Positions 10,289-21,277 of a stretch of DNA of 64,000 nt are shown here, in pieces; position 1 is the first letter of the stretch; the number at the start of each line of letters is the position of its first letter. The notes under the pieces are model-generated. The model ran no database searches and had not been told where the DNA came from. It saw nothing but the letters and a program-made list of their open reading frames with translations. The stretch comes from an uncultured bacterium (GTDB lineage: Bacteria; Krumholzibacteriota; Krumholzibacteriia; JACNKJ01), in NCBI GenBank assembly GCA_963695095.1, contig CAVOFT010000001.1, positions 1,696,001-1,760,000 of the forward strand. The letters run 5' to 3'. A program made the position numbers and the translations under genes.

Positions 10289-11670
10289 GGATCGCGCCCG
10301 CGCGTCTGGCCACCCTGCGCTTTCTCGAGAGCTTCGAGGCCGGCTGGCCCGGCGCCACGGACTGGGACACGCATCAGGAGCGCTGGCTCGCGGATCCCCT
10401 GCTGGCCGATCCGCGAGACCGCCGGCTCTTCAGCCAGCTCAGCGCGGGCGTGGTCCGCCAGCGGGGGCGGCTCGATGCCCGGCTGCGGCGGCTCACGGGG
10501 CGGCCGCGCCTGGACCCCGTTCCGCGCGACGCGCTGCGCCTGGCGCTGTTCCAGCTCGAGCACATGGACCGCCTGCCCGCCCATGCCGTCATCGGCGAGA
10601 GCGTCGAGTGGATCAAGCTCCGGAACGGCGCGCGCCTGGCCGGCTGGGCCAACGCCCAGCTGCGCAACTGGCAGCGCGGCGGCGTGCCCGGTGCCGATCC
10701 CGACCCCGATGCGGACTTCGGCGCCCACGCCGAGCAGGTGCTGTCCTACCCGCGCTGGCTCGCCTTGCGCTGGGAACAGGAGTTCGGCCGCGAGCGGGCC
10801 CTGGCCATGATGGCCGCTGCCAATGCAGCGCCGGCCCACTGCTTTCGCTGGAATGCGCTGCGATCCGGGCGGGAGGAGTTCCTCGCCGCCCTGCTCGCAG
10901 AGGGCGCCCGGCCCGAGTGCTTCGCCGATCTGCCGCTGGCTTTTCGTCTCCGCGGCGCCTGGCCGGCGGCACTCCTGCCGGCGCTGGCCCGCGGCGAGCT
11001 CAGCGTGCAGGACGCCGCCTCGCAGCGCGTCGCCCCCCTGCTGGATGGGGGCGAGCGGGGCGACTGGGCGGACCTCTGCGCCGCGCCCGGAGGCAAGTGC
11101 TGCCAGCTCGCGGAGCGGGGCGGGGACGCGCGGACGGTGCTGGCCGTCGATATCGATCCTCAGCGCCTCGAGAAAGTCGTTGCCAACGCCCTGCGACTGG
11201 GCTTAAGACGGCTGCGCAGCGACTGCGGAGACCTGCGCGAGCTGGCGCCGCAGCCGATGGACGGCGTTCTGCTCGACGCGCCCTGCAGCGCGCTGGGTAC
11301 CCTGGCCGCCAATCCGGACGTGCGCTGGCGCCTGGCGCCCGGTGACATCCCGCGCCTGGCCGAGCGGCAGGGCCGGCTGCTCGCGGCGGCCGCGCGCTGG
11401 GTGCGGCCGGGCGGTCGGCTCCTCTACGCCGTCTGCACCTTCACACCGGAGGAGACCAGCGACCGGCGCGTCGACTTCCTCGCCGCCCACCCGGATTTTG
11501 CGCTCGAGCCCTTCACGGCGGCCGAGCTGCCGACGGCGCTGTGCACGGAGGCCGGGGAGTACTTGAGCCTGCCTGACCGCGAGGAGGGGACAGGGATGTA
11601 TGCTTTCCGTTGCCGGCGCCGGCCCGGCGCTGCGCAGGGCGAGCCGGCCGGCGGGAGGGAACGGCGATGA
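10285..11670 (+). CDS. rsmB: 16S rRNA m5C967 methyltransferase RsmB/Sun
   Basis: NusB-like N-terminus, VQDAASQ, DLCAAPGGK, DAPCS, YAVCT. Confidence 0.9.
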   Translation: MRIAPARLATLRFLESFEAGWPGATDWDTHQERWLADPLLADPRDRRLFSQLSAGVVRQRGRLDARLRRLTGRPRLDPVPRDALRLALFQLEHMDRLPAHAVIGESVEWIKLRNGARLAGWANAQLRNWQRGGVPGADPDPDADFGAHAEQVLSYPRWLALRWEQEFGRERALAMMAAANAAPAHCFRWNALRSGREEFLAALLAEGARPECFADLPLAFRLRGAWPAALLPALARGELSVQDAASQRVAPLLDGGERGDWADLCAAPGGKCCQLAERGGDARTVLAVDIDPQRLEKVVANALRLGLRRLRSDCGDLRELAPQPMDGVLLDAPCSALGTLAANPDVRWRLAPGDIPRLAERQGRLLAAAARWVRPGGRLLYAVCTFTPEETSDRRVDFLAAHPDFALEPFTAAELPTALCTEAGEYLSLPDREEGTGMYAFRCRRRPGAAQGEPAGGRERR

Positions 11671-12419
11671 GCGGCAAAGAGCGGCCCCTGCAGCGGATTC
11701 TCCATCTCGCCCGCATCGGGGGCGCCATGCTGGCCATCACCGTGCTCGGCATCTGGGTGGCAAATCACTGGCTGCTGCCGCAGCAGGTGGGTGTGGACGA
11801 CGCCTTCCCGATGCCCGCCCTCGAAGGCAGCCCCAAGAACGAGGTCTACAGCCTCTGCGCCCGGCGCAGCCTGGTGCTCAGCGAGCGCCCGCCCGAGTTC
11901 GACGCCTCGCTGCCCGCGGGCTACCTGCTGCGCCAGCTTCCGCGCGCCGGCACCCAGGTCAAGGCCGGCCGCCGCGTGACGGCGGTATTCTCGGCGGGGC
12001 CGCGCATGGTCGCGGTGCCCGATCTCGGTGGGCAGAGCGAGCGGCAAGCCCGCCTCAGTCTCGAGGATCTGGGCCTCCTGCCGGGCGATCGCCTGCGTTG
12101 CCCGGACGAGCGGCCGGCCGGGGAGGTCCTCAGCAGCCGACCGGGCCCGGCGGTGCGCGTCACCCTTGGCGCCCGCGTGGATCTGCTGCTCAGCGACGGC
12201 GACGGCGGCGGCAGCTATCTGATGCCGGACCTCACCCGCAAGTCCCTGGATGGGGCGCTGGCGCTCCTGGCCGGCAGCGGTCTGGGCAAGCCGCAGATCC
12301 GCTACCGCAGCGCCCGGGGCAAGGCCGCAGGCAGCATCCTGGCCCAGAGCCCCGCGGCGGGATCCCGCCTGCAGAAGGGAGAGCAGCTTGAGCTGGTGGT
12401 CGCATCTCGATCGGACTAG
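11667..12419 (+). CDS. Membrane-anchored PASTA-domain protein (3 PASTA repeats, no kinase domain)
   Basis: One N-terminal TM helix, then repeats beginning MPAL, VPDLGG, MPDLTR and ending in QxPxxG-like motifs. Confidence 0.85.
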   Translation: MSGKERPLQRILHLARIGGAMLAITVLGIWVANHWLLPQQVGVDDAFPMPALEGSPKNEVYSLCARRSLVLSERPPEFDASLPAGYLLRQLPRAGTQVKAGRRVTAVFSAGPRMVAVPDLGGQSERQARLSLEDLGLLPGDRLRCPDERPAGEVLSSRPGPAVRVTLGARVDLLLSDGDGGGSYLMPDLTRKSLDGALALLAGSGLGKPQIRYRSARGKAAGSILAQSPAAGSRLQKGEQLELVVASRSD

Positions 12420-12420
12420 G

Positions 12421-13083
12421 GTGGGCATCGCGCCCTCGCTGCTGGGCGGCGATCTCGCGCGGCTCGCCGCCGAGGTGGCCGATGTCGAGGCCGCCGGCGC
12501 GGAGGTCCTGCACCTGGACGTCATGGATGGCCACTTCGTGCCCAACCTCACCTTCGGCCCCGAAGTCTGTGCTGCCATTGCGAAAGCGGCGAGTCGCCCT
12601 CTGGACTGCCACCTGATGATCGAGCAGCCCTTGGCGAGCCTGGCGGCCTATGCGCAGGCGGGCTGCACAGGACTCACGATCCACCTCGAGGCAGTCGCCG
12701 ATCCCGCCGCCGCCCTGGCCGCCCTGCGCGCGGCCGGGGTCCTCGCGGGGCTTTCCCTGCGACCGGCGACGCCCCTGCCGCCGGCCGGCCCCCTCTGGGC
12801 GGGCCTCGACCTGCTCCTCGTGATGAGCGTGGAGCCCGGCTATTGCGGCCAGGCCTTCCAGCCGGCGGCGCTCGAGAAGGTGCGCCAGGCGGCCGCGCTG
12901 CGCCGGGAGGCGGGCCTGGATTTCGTCATCGAGGTGGACGGCGGCATCGGTCCCGGCCAGGCCGGGGCCCTGCGCAGCGCCGGCGCCGACCTGCTCGTCG
13001 CTGCCAGCGCCGTCATGGGGCGCCCCGATCGCCGGGCCGCCATTGCCGCCCTGCGCGAGGCGGCGGCGGGCGGCCCAAAATAG
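12421..13083 (+). CDS. rpe: Ribulose-phosphate 3-epimerase
   Basis: IAPSLL, HLDVMDGHFVPNLTFG, DCHLM, MSVEPG, EVDGGI. Confidence 0.96.
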   Translation: MGIAPSLLGGDLARLAAEVADVEAAGAEVLHLDVMDGHFVPNLTFGPEVCAAIAKAASRPLDCHLMIEQPLASLAAYAQAGCTGLTIHLEAVADPAAALAALRAAGVLAGLSLRPATPLPPAGPLWAGLDLLLVMSVEPGYCGQAFQPAALEKVRQAAALRREAGLDFVIEVDGGIGPGQAGALRSAGADLLVAASAVMGRPDRRAAIAALREAAAGGPK

Positions 13084-13116
13084 GCGAGTCGGGCCCGTTT
13101 TGCCCGGTCAGAGGGC

Positions 13117-13145
13117 TTGTCAGCCTCACTAAGCTCTGCTATATT
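13117..13145 (+). promoter_or_regulatory. sigma70-type promoter of the ffh-rpsP-rimM-trmD-rplS operon
   Basis: TTGTCA (13117-13122), 17 bp spacer, TATATT (13140-13145) with extended TG. Confidence 0.7.
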
Positions 13146-13198
13146 GCCGACTTCGTGCGCCTCGGCCAGGCCTGGCCCAGGCTCTTCCGGAGGCAGCG

Positions 13199-14540
<1,342 letters not shown>

Positions 14541-14574
14541 AAGCAGCATCGGAACAGAAACGGAGGTTTCTCTT

Positions 14575-15015
14575 TTGGCAACGACGATTCGCATGACCCG
14601 CATGGGCTCGATGAAGCGCCCCTTCTACCGCCTGGTGGTGATGGATTCCCGCGATCGGCGGGACGGTCGCTACATCGAGAACCTGGGCACCTATGATCCC
14701 ATGCCGCCTGTGGCGCAGATCCAGCTCAACGAAGAGCGGATCCTCCACTGGCTGGCCCTGGGCGCGCAGCCCTCGGGCACGGCGGCAAGTCTGATGCGCC
14801 GCCAGGGCATTCTCGAGAAGCATCGGCTCCTGGCCAGCGGCGTCAGCGCCGAGGAACTGCCGGCGAAGCTGATCGAGTGGAAGGCCAAACAGCCGGCCAA
14901 GCGCGTCGACGCGCCGAGCCGGGCCGAGAAGCGCGCCCAGAAGAAGAGCGCGAGCAAGGCGGCGGCGAACGCGAGCAAGGCGGCGGACAGCGCCGGCGAC
15001 GGCGCGGAGGCCTAG
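14575..15015 (+). CDS. rpsP: 30S ribosomal protein S16 with Lys/Ala-rich C-terminal extension
   Basis: IRMTRMG..KRPFYRLVV.DSR..RDGRYIE.LGTYDP; TTG start after GGAGG. Confidence 0.96.
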   Translation: MATTIRMTRMGSMKRPFYRLVVMDSRDRRDGRYIENLGTYDPMPPVAQIQLNEERILHWLALGAQPSGTAASLMRRQGILEKHRLLASGVSAEELPAKLIEWKAKQPAKRVDAPSRAEKRAQKKSASKAAANASKAADSAGDGAEA

Positions 15016-15018
15016 CGC

Positions 15019-15264
15019 ATGCCCAATGTGGAGAAGCTCCTGCGCTACGTGGCGGACTCGCTAGCCGAGGCCCCCGAGCAGGTGCGCATCGAAAAGGAGG
15101 CGCAGGGCGAGGAGGACATCTACACCCTCATGCTCGCGCCGGATGACCTGGGCCGCCTCATCGGCCGCCATGGCAAGACGGCCGAGGCGCTGCGCACGCT
15201 GCTCACGGCCGCAGGGCGGCGGGAGGACCGGAAGGTGAGCCTCCGCATCCGTGAACCGGAGTGA
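15019..15264 (+). CDS. khpA: KH-domain RNA-binding protein (KhpA/YlqC)
   Basis: DLGRLIGRHGKTAEALR; position between rpsP and rimM. Confidence 0.9.
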   Translation: MPNVEKLLRYVADSLAEAPEQVRIEKEAQGEEDIYTLMLAPDDLGRLIGRHGKTAEALRTLLTAAGRREDRKVSLRIREPE

Positions 15265-15769
15265 GCCGGCGCGCATCGAGTTGGGGCGCCTGCTGCGTCC
15301 CGTGGGCATTCGCGGCGAGGTGAAGCTGCTGCCCTCGCCGGACTTCTGGGCGGCGGCCCTGGATTCGGAGCGCCTGCACCTGGTGAGCGCGGCGGGCGAG
15401 CGGCCGGTGCGGGTGACGGCCAGCCGGCCGGTGGGGGAGTGCTTGGTCCTCAAGCTCGCGGAGCTGGAGGACCGCAACGGCGCCGAGGCCCTGCGCGACG
15501 CCGAGCTCTGGCTGCTGGGCGAGCCGGATGTCGAGCTGCCGGAGCAGCCGCGGACCTGGCAGCTGGCGGGAATGCGGGTGCTGCTCGCCGCCGGGGGCGA
15601 GCTGGGCGAGGTGCTGCACTTGGCGCCGATGCCAGGACAGGCGCTGCTGCAGGTGAAGGGCGCGACGAAGGTCTACGAGATCCCCTTCGTCGCGCCCATC
15701 CTCTGCGGCATCGACTGGGAGGCGGGGACGATCACGATCGATCCGCCGGACGGCCTCCTGGAACTGTGA
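15251..15769 (+). CDS. rimM: Ribosome maturation factor RimM
   Basis: GIRGEVK, DRNGAEAL, IPFV, PDGLLEL. Confidence 0.92.
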   Translation: MNRSEPARIELGRLLRPVGIRGEVKLLPSPDFWAAALDSERLHLVSAAGERPVRVTASRPVGECLVLKLAELEDRNGAEALRDAELWLLGEPDVELPEQPRTWQLAGMRVLLAAGGELGEVLHLAPMPGQALLQVKGATKVYEIPFVAPILCGIDWEAGTITIDPPDGLLEL

Positions 15770-15778
15770 GGGAGGGGC

Positions 15779-16498
15779 GTGATCATCAACGTGGTCACCC
15801 TCTTTCCCGACTTCCTGCGCGAAGCGCTCAGGGTCGGGATCCTCGAACGGGCCGAGACGCGGGGAGTCGTGCAGTACCGCTTCGCCAGCCCGCGGGACTT
15901 CGCCGGGGACCGGCATGGCACCGTGGATGATTACCCCTACGGGGGCGGCGCGGGGATGATCATGATGGCGCCGCCGCTGGTGGAAGCGGTGGAGTCGCTG
16001 ACGCGGCAAAGCGACCACCCGGGGCACCCGGTGATCCTGCTCTCGCCGCGGGGAAGGCGCTTCGATCAGGCGACAGCCCGCCGTCTGAGCCAGGAGCGCG
16101 AGTTCACCCTGATCTGTGGGCGCTACAAGGGCGTCGACGAGCGGGTGAGGGACTTGGTGGTCAGCGAGGAGATCTCCCTGGGGGACTTCGTGCTGACCGG
16201 GGGGGAGCCGGCGGCCATCTGCGTCATCGACGCGACGGTGCGGCTCCTGCCCGACGTGATGAGCGACCTGGAGTCGGCCGAGGCCGATTCCTTCGGAGCG
16301 GACAAGGGAGGCCTGCTCGACTGGCCTCACTACACGCGGCCGGAACGCTATCGCGATGTGGAGGTGCCCGCGCTGCTGCGCGGCGGCAACCATGCGAAGA
16401 TCGAAAGTTGGCGCCGGGAGGAATCCCAGCGCTTGACCCGGAAGCACCGCCCTGATCTCCTCGCTCAGCGAGGCGACGAGGAGCGCGAGGCGGACTAG
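15779..16498 (+). CDS. trmD: tRNA (guanine-37-N1)-methyltransferase
   Basis: TLFP, VDDYPYGGGAGM, CGRYKGVDER, SLGDFVLTGGE, PHYTRP. Confidence 0.98.
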   Translation: MIINVVTLFPDFLREALRVGILERAETRGVVQYRFASPRDFAGDRHGTVDDYPYGGGAGMIMMAPPLVEAVESLTRQSDHPGHPVILLSPRGRRFDQATARRLSQEREFTLICGRYKGVDERVRDLVVSEEISLGDFVLTGGEPAAICVIDATVRLLPDVMSDLESAEADSFGADKGGLLDWPHYTRPERYRDVEVPALLRGGNHAKIESWRREESQRLTRKHRPDLLAQRGDEEREAD

Positions 16499-16546
16499 TC
16501 AGGCTCGGCCGGCGAGCGCCGGTGCGGGGCGGCACAGGAGAGGGCC

Positions 16547-16921
16547 ATGAATATCGTCGACGCGATCAGGAACCAGCAGGTGAAGGATGGCATCCCCGAG
16601 TTCAACGTGGGCGACACGGTGAAATTCCGGGTCAAGGTGATCGAGGGCAACAAGGAGCGCTACCAGCCCTTCCAGGGCACGGTGATCCAGCGCCGGGGCA
16701 GCGGCATCGAGGCCACCTTCACAGTGCGCAAGGTCTCCGGCAACATCGGCGTGGAGCGCATCTTCCCGCTGCACAGCCCCCACATCAGCGATATCGAAGT
16801 GCTGCGGCGGGGCAAGGTGCGGCGCGCGAAGCTCTACTATCTGCGTGGCCTCAGCGGCAAGAAGGCCCGCATCAGCAGCCGGCGCGAGGCCCTGCCGCAG
16901 GAGCCGGAGAAGAAGGGCTAG
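16547..16921 (+). CDS. rplS: 50S ribosomal protein L19
   Basis: [31 protein letters not shown]. Confidence 0.98.
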   Translation: MNIVDAIRNQQVKDGIPEFNVGDTVKFRVKVIEGNKERYQPFQGTVIQRRGSGIEATFTVRKVSGNIGVERIFPLHSPHISDIEVLRRGKVRRAKLYYLRGLSGKKARISSRREALPQEPEKKG

Positions 16922-16930
16922 CGGAGCTCC

Positions 16931-17806
16931 ATGTCCAGCGGCGCGAGCAAGGGCCGGGTCCCCAGCGGGGCGCCGGCCCTTGGCGCCTGCGATTCCCTTG
17001 CCACGCCGGCGGCCTTCGCGGCCGCTCCCCTGTCCGTCCAGGCCGCGGCGCTGGCCGCTCTCGCCCCCGCGGAGCGCGCGCCTTGGCTTGCCCTTCTCGA
17101 TAGCGATCCCCGTCAAGGCGCGCGTGACTTGGCATCCCGCTTGCGCCGGGCCGCGGCGCGTGAGGCCCTCCGCGAGGCGCGCTGGCGCGAGCTGGCGGCA
17201 TTCGACGCCGCGGCCGCCGCCGGCCTCTTGCTCGCGGGCGTCGACGAGGTCGGCCGCGGGCCCCTGGCGGGCCCCGTGACGGCGGCGGCGCTCATCCTGC
17301 CGTCCGGCTATCGGGCCCTGGGCCTGGACGACTCCAAGCGGATGCCCCCGGGCGCCCGCGCGGAGTGGGCTGCGCGCTTGCGCGCGGATGCCCTGGCCTG
17401 GTCCGTGGCGGACCTGCCGAGCGCCGCCGTCGATGCACTGGGCATCCGACAGGCGGTCTTCGCAGTGATGGCCGCGGCTCTGCGCGGGCTCTCCCCTCGC
17501 GCCCAGCGCGTGCTCATCGACGGCCGGGAGCTGCCGCCCGGCGCGCGCATCAGCCGGGCCGTGGTGGACGGCGATGCGAAGAGCCTGGCCATCGCCGGCG
17601 CCTCGGTGATCGCCAAGGTGCACCGCGACGCGCTGATGACGGTCGCCGATCGTGACTATCCCGGCTATGGCTTCGCAGCCCACAAGGGCTATGGCAGCCC
17701 GGACCACGTGGATGCCCTCCTCAAGCTGGGGCCCTGCCCCCTGCACCGACGGAGTTTCTGTGCGCGCTGGCTCACCGGATCGGCGAGAGCTGGGCAAGCT
17801 GGGTGA
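16931..17806 (+). CDS. rnhB: Ribonuclease HII
   Basis: GVDEVGRGPLAGPV, DDSK, ASVIAKVHRD, HKGYG, HRRSF. Confidence 0.96.
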   Translation: MSSGASKGRVPSGAPALGACDSLATPAAFAAAPLSVQAAALAALAPAERAPWLALLDSDPRQGARDLASRLRRAAAREALREARWRELAAFDAAAAAGLLLAGVDEVGRGPLAGPVTAAALILPSGYRALGLDDSKRMPPGARAEWAARLRADALAWSVADLPSAAVDALGIRQAVFAVMAAALRGLSPRAQRVLIDGRELPPGARISRAVVDGDAKSLAIAGASVIAKVHRDALMTVADRDYPGYGFAAHKGYGSPDHVDALLKLGPCPLHRRSFCARWLTGSARAGQAG

Positions 17807-18125
17807 GGAGATCGCCGAGCGCTACCTCTGCCTGCGGGGCCTGGCTGTCCTCGAGCGCAATCTGCGCGTGGCCCAGAAAGAGATTGACCTGCTCGTGCGC
17901 GATGGCGACTGTCTCGTCTTCGTGGAGGTCCGCCTGCGCCGCAGCGACCGCTACGGGCGCGCCCTGGACAGCGTCGACCCCCGCAAGCAGGCTCGACTGC
18001 GCGCCGCCCTGCGCGAGGAGATCCGCCGCCGCGCCTGGCGCGGAAGCTACCGGCTCGACCTCGTCACCCTCGACCTGGACGGCGCCCGGGATCGCCTGCT
18101 GCTGGAGCACTACCGCGGCCTCTGA
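17760..18125 (+). CDS. yraN: YraN family PD-(D/E)XK nuclease
   Basis: LGKLGEEIA..YL, LERN, EIDL, LVFVEVR, RLDLV; follows rnhB. Confidence 0.9.
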   Translation: MRAGSPDRRELGKLGEEIAERYLCLRGLAVLERNLRVAQKEIDLLVRDGDCLVFVEVRLRRSDRYGRALDSVDPRKQARLRAALREEIRRRAWRGSYRLDLVTLDLDGARDRLLLEHYRGL

Positions 18126-18149
18126 GTCCGCAGCTTGCGCAGGTGTTGC

Positions 18150-19166
18150 ATGGAGCCGCTTCTCGCCAGCCTGATCGCCGCCCTCGTCAGCCTCCTGCTC
18201 GGTCGGCTGGCCATCGGCGCCGCCGGTCGGCTGGGATTCCTCGATGCGCCGGGCGAGCGCAAGCTGCAGGCGCGGCCCATCCCGGTGCTCGGGGGGCCGA
18301 CCCTCCTGCTCGGGCTGGCGGCGGGGCTCCTGCCCTGGCTGCCCGCGGGCGAGCGCTCGCTGATCCTCCGCTGGCTGGCGGCCGGGGCCTGGCTCGTCCT
18401 CGTCGGCATGCTGGATGACCGCCGGGGCCTGGCTCCCTTGCCGCGTCTGGCCGCGCAGCTGGCGGCGGCACTGCTCTTCGCGCCGGAACTGAACTGCTGC
18501 CTCGGACCGGCCGGCACCTGGGGCTGGCTGGCGCTGCCCTTGGGCCTCTTGTGGCTGGTGGCCCTGATCAACGCCTTGAACTTCCTGGACAACATGGACG
18601 GCGCCGCCGGGAGCACGAGCCTGTGGACGGCGCTGGCGCTCGCGCTCGCCCTGGGCCGCGCGGGGGCAGGCGGGCTCGCCGCCGCGCTCTGGCCCCTGGC
18701 CGGCGCGCTCGTCGGCTTCCTCTGGTGGAATCGGCCGCCGGCGCGCCTGTACATGGGCGACGCGGGCGCCACCTTCCTCGGCCTCACCCTCGGCCTCTTC
18801 GCCCTGCTTGCCAGTGCGCGCGCCTCCGGCGCGCCCTGGCTCGCGCCGCTGTTCCTGGCCTTGCCGCTCTATGACACCGGCAGCGTGCTGTGGATCCGCT
18901 GGCGCGAGGGGCGCCGGCTCTGGGTGGGCGATCGCCGGCACGTGACGCATCGCTTGCTCGCGCGCGGGGCAAGCGTTCCCCGGGCGCTGCTGACGATCAA
19001 TGCCTGGACGCTGGCCGCGGCTGCGCTCGCCCTCCTCTGGGGCGCGCGACCGGGCAGCCCGCTGCCGCTGGCGATGGCAGTGCTGGTGGCCCTGGGCATG
19101 TTCGGATGGGAGCGGAGCTGGGAGCGCAAGCACGGGGCGGCGAGGCCGCCGTCCACGGGGGACTAG
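18150..19166 (+). CDS. MraY/WecA-like polyprenyl-phosphate HexNAc-1-P transferase
   Basis: P..RK....P.LGG, GMLDD, NALNFLDNMDG, NRPPARLYMGDAG, DRRHVTHRL. Confidence 0.88.
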   Translation: MEPLLASLIAALVSLLLGRLAIGAAGRLGFLDAPGERKLQARPIPVLGGPTLLLGLAAGLLPWLPAGERSLILRWLAAGAWLVLVGMLDDRRGLAPLPRLAAQLAAALLFAPELNCCLGPAGTWGWLALPLGLLWLVALINALNFLDNMDGAAGSTSLWTALALALALGRAGAGGLAAALWPLAGALVGFLWWNRPPARLYMGDAGATFLGLTLGLFALLASARASGAPWLAPLFLALPLYDTGSVLWIRWREGRRLWVGDRRHVTHRLLARGASVPRALLTINAWTLAAAALALLWGARPGSPLPLAMAVLVALGMFGWERSWERKHGAARPPSTGD

Positions 19167-19369
19167 TAGAGATCTTCCTCGTCGCCGATCTCGTCCTCGA
19201 TGAGCTCTTCGAAATCGTCCTCGATCTCTTCGACGTCCTCCGACTCTTCCCAGGTCTCGTCCTCGTCGACTTCGAGGCGGCCTTCGCCAAGGCAGAAGGG
19301 GCACTCGTCATCCTCGAGGATCCCCGAACCGCCGCACTCGTCGCAGGTCACCGGCTTCTTGTTGCTCAT
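19163..19369 (-). CDS. Small protein: DnaJ-type zinc ribbon (two CxxCxGxG) plus highly acidic tail
   Basis: CDECGGSG and CPFCLGEG; coding-like codon usage; candidate promoter of its own. Confidence 0.75.
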   Translation of the reverse strand: MSNKKPVTCDECGGSGILEDDECPFCLGEGRLEVDEDETWEESEDVEEIEDDFEELIEDEIGDEEDLY

Positions 19370-19441
19370 CGTCTCTGAACCCTGGCTCAGGTCCGCGGGA
19401 CCCCGTTCGGCGGGGGCGCATCCGGCTTGGAGCGTGTCAGG

Positions 19442-19469
19442 ATGTTAGCCAGGGTCTTCGGGCTGTCAA
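19442..19469 (-). promoter_or_regulatory. Candidate sigma70 promoter for the small Zn-ribbon gene
   Basis: Minus strand TTGACA, 16 bp spacer, TAACAT. Confidence 0.55.
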
Positions 19470-19618
19470 GGGAAGAAAGCGGCAACGGCGTGAACACGAA
19501 TCCGCGCGACTGTCGCGGCCCCGGACGGCTGCTGGCACCCCCGGCTGGGGCGGGCGCCGTCCGCGGCCCGGCCCCGACCTTGCTCTTGCCTCCTGCCCGA
19601 GAGCGGGCGGGGAGGTCC

Positions 19619-21094
19619 ATGCACAGCAGCTGGCAGGGCGCGAGCCTGCGGGGGGTGGAGGGCCTCGCCGTGCGCGTGGAGGTGCAGCTCGCGCGCGGCC
19701 TGCCGGCGCTCAGCCTGGTCGGCCTGGCCGGGGCCGCCACCCGCGAGAGCCGCGAGCGGGTCTACGGCGCCCTGCGCGAGAGCGGCTTCGAGCTGCCGGC
19801 CGGGCGCGTCACGGTCAATCTCGCTCCCGCCGAGGAGCCCAAGGAGGGCAGCGCCTTCGATCTGCCGATGGCCCTCGGCCTCCTGGAGGTGAGCGGGCAG
19901 CTGCGCCCGCGCCAGGGTCGCGATTGGTGGTTCCTCGGCGAGCTGGGTCTGGACGGCCGCCTCCTGCCCCTGCGGGGCGCCCTGCCGCTGGGCCTGGCGG
20001 CCCTCGCCGCGGGGGCGGCCGGGCTGGTGCTGCCGGCCGGCAACCTCGCCGAGGCCTGCTATCTGGAGGGCCTGCCCCTGCTGCCGCTGGCCAGCCTGCG
20101 CGAGGCCGTGGACTGGCTGGAGGGTCGCGGCGAGGCTCTGCCGCAGCGCGCGCAGCCGCCGGCGGCCGGTCCGGTGGCGGCGGGCGCCCTGCTGCTGCCC
20201 GGCGGGCCGCGTCTGACGCGGGCGATGGCCGCGGCGGCGGCCGGCGGCCACAATCTCCTGCTGCTCGGCGCGCCGGGCAATGGCAAGTCCACCCTGGCGC
20301 GCGGGCTGGCCGAGCTGCTGCCGCCCCTGGACCGCGCCGAGCGGCGTGAGGTGATGGCCCTGCGTTCGGCGGCCGGCCTCAGGGTGGACGCCTCGCGGCG
20401 CCCGCCGCTGCGGGCGCCCCATCACAGCCTCAGCCTGGCGGGTCTGCTGGGCCGCCAGGGTCCGGGCGCGCGGCCGGGAGAACTGAGCCTGGCCCACCGC
20501 GGCCTGCTCTTCATGGATGAACTGCCGGAGTATCACCGCGACGTGCTCGAGGCCCTGCGCGAACCGATGGAGGAAGGCAGCCTCGTCGTCAGCCGCGGCG
20601 CGGGCAGCCTGCGCTGGCCGGCGCGCTTCCAGCTCGCGGCGGCGATGAACCCCTGCCCCTGCGGCCAGAGCCTGCGCGGGCGCGAGCACTGCCGCTGCAC
20701 GCCGGGACAGGTGCAGCGCTACCGCTCGCGTCTGTCGGGCCCCTTGCTCGATCGCATCGATCTCATACTCGAGCTGCCCGCCTGGCGGCCGGGCGCCGCC
20801 ACGGATCTGCTGGGTCCGACCGCCGTCGCGGGCCTGCGCCGGCAAATCCTGCGCGCGCGGCGGCGCTTGCGTGCAGGGAGCGTGGAGCCGCTCGCCGCCG
20901 CCGAGCGCGACTGGCTGGATCAGCGGCTCAGCGAGGCCGGCGCCAGCTTCCGCCAGCGGCTGAAGCTCGCCGCGCTGGCCGGCACGCTGGCCGCCCTCGA
21001 CGGCCGCCCGCGGCCTGGCCGCAGCGAGCTGGTGGAGGCGCTGGATCTGGGCCTGCGCTGGCGCCTGGCCCTGCGCGCAGTTGCTGGATCATGA
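19619..21094 (+). CDS. comM: ComM/YifB Mg-chelatase-like AAA+ ATPase
   Basis: VGL....[64 protein letters not shown]. Confidence 0.93.
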   Translation: MHSSWQGASLRGVEGLAVRVEVQLARGLPALSLVGLAGAATRESRERVYGALRESGFELPAGRVTVNLAPAEEPKEGSAFDLPMALGLLEVSGQLRPRQGRDWWFLGELGLDGRLLPLRGALPLGLAALAAGAAGLVLPAGNLAEACYLEGLPLLPLASLREAVDWLEGRGEALPQRAQPPAAGPVAAGALLLPGGPRLTRAMAAAAAGGHNLLLLGAPGNGKSTLARGLAELLPPLDRAERREVMALRSAAGLRVDASRRPPLRAPHHSLSLAGLLGRQGPGARPGELSLAHRGLLFMDELPEYHRDVLEALREPMEEGSLVVSRGAGSLRWPARFQLAAAMNPCPCGQSLRGREHCRCTPGQVQRYRSRLSGPLLDRIDLILELPAWRPGAATDLLGPTAVAGLRRQILRARRRLRAGSVEPLAAAERDWLDQRLSEAGASFRQRLKLAALAGTLAALDGRPRPGRSELVEALDLGLRWRLALRAVAGS

Positions 21095-21161
21095 GTATCA
21101 CCATAATGCAACTATCATGCGCATCCCTTTACATGTAGGGCACTTGCAGATCGATCCGCGC

Positions 21162-21190
21162 TTGGCAATCGGGGGCGGGGGTGCTATTCT
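21162..21190 (+). promoter_or_regulatory. Candidate sigma70 promoter of the Omp28-like/TlpA operon
   Basis: TTGGCA (21162-21167), 17 bp spacer, TATTCT (21185-21190) with extended TG; AT-rich upstream. Confidence 0.6.
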
Positions 21191-21277
21191 ATCCACTATC
21201 CCTGGCGAGCGGGGCCGCGATCGTCCTGCTTGCCCTGGCGGCCCATGGCCGTGCCGCGCTGTACGGAAAGGGAATCG

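Noticed and set aside
13165..13198. CCAGG...GGAGGCAGC in the ffh leader, reminiscent of SRP RNA domain IV
   Set aside because: No GNRA-capped stem with the right geometry; the GGAGG is adequately explained as the SD
14880..15015. Lys/Ala-rich C-terminal extension of S16
   Set aside because: Extended S16 proteins are common in several phyla; not novel
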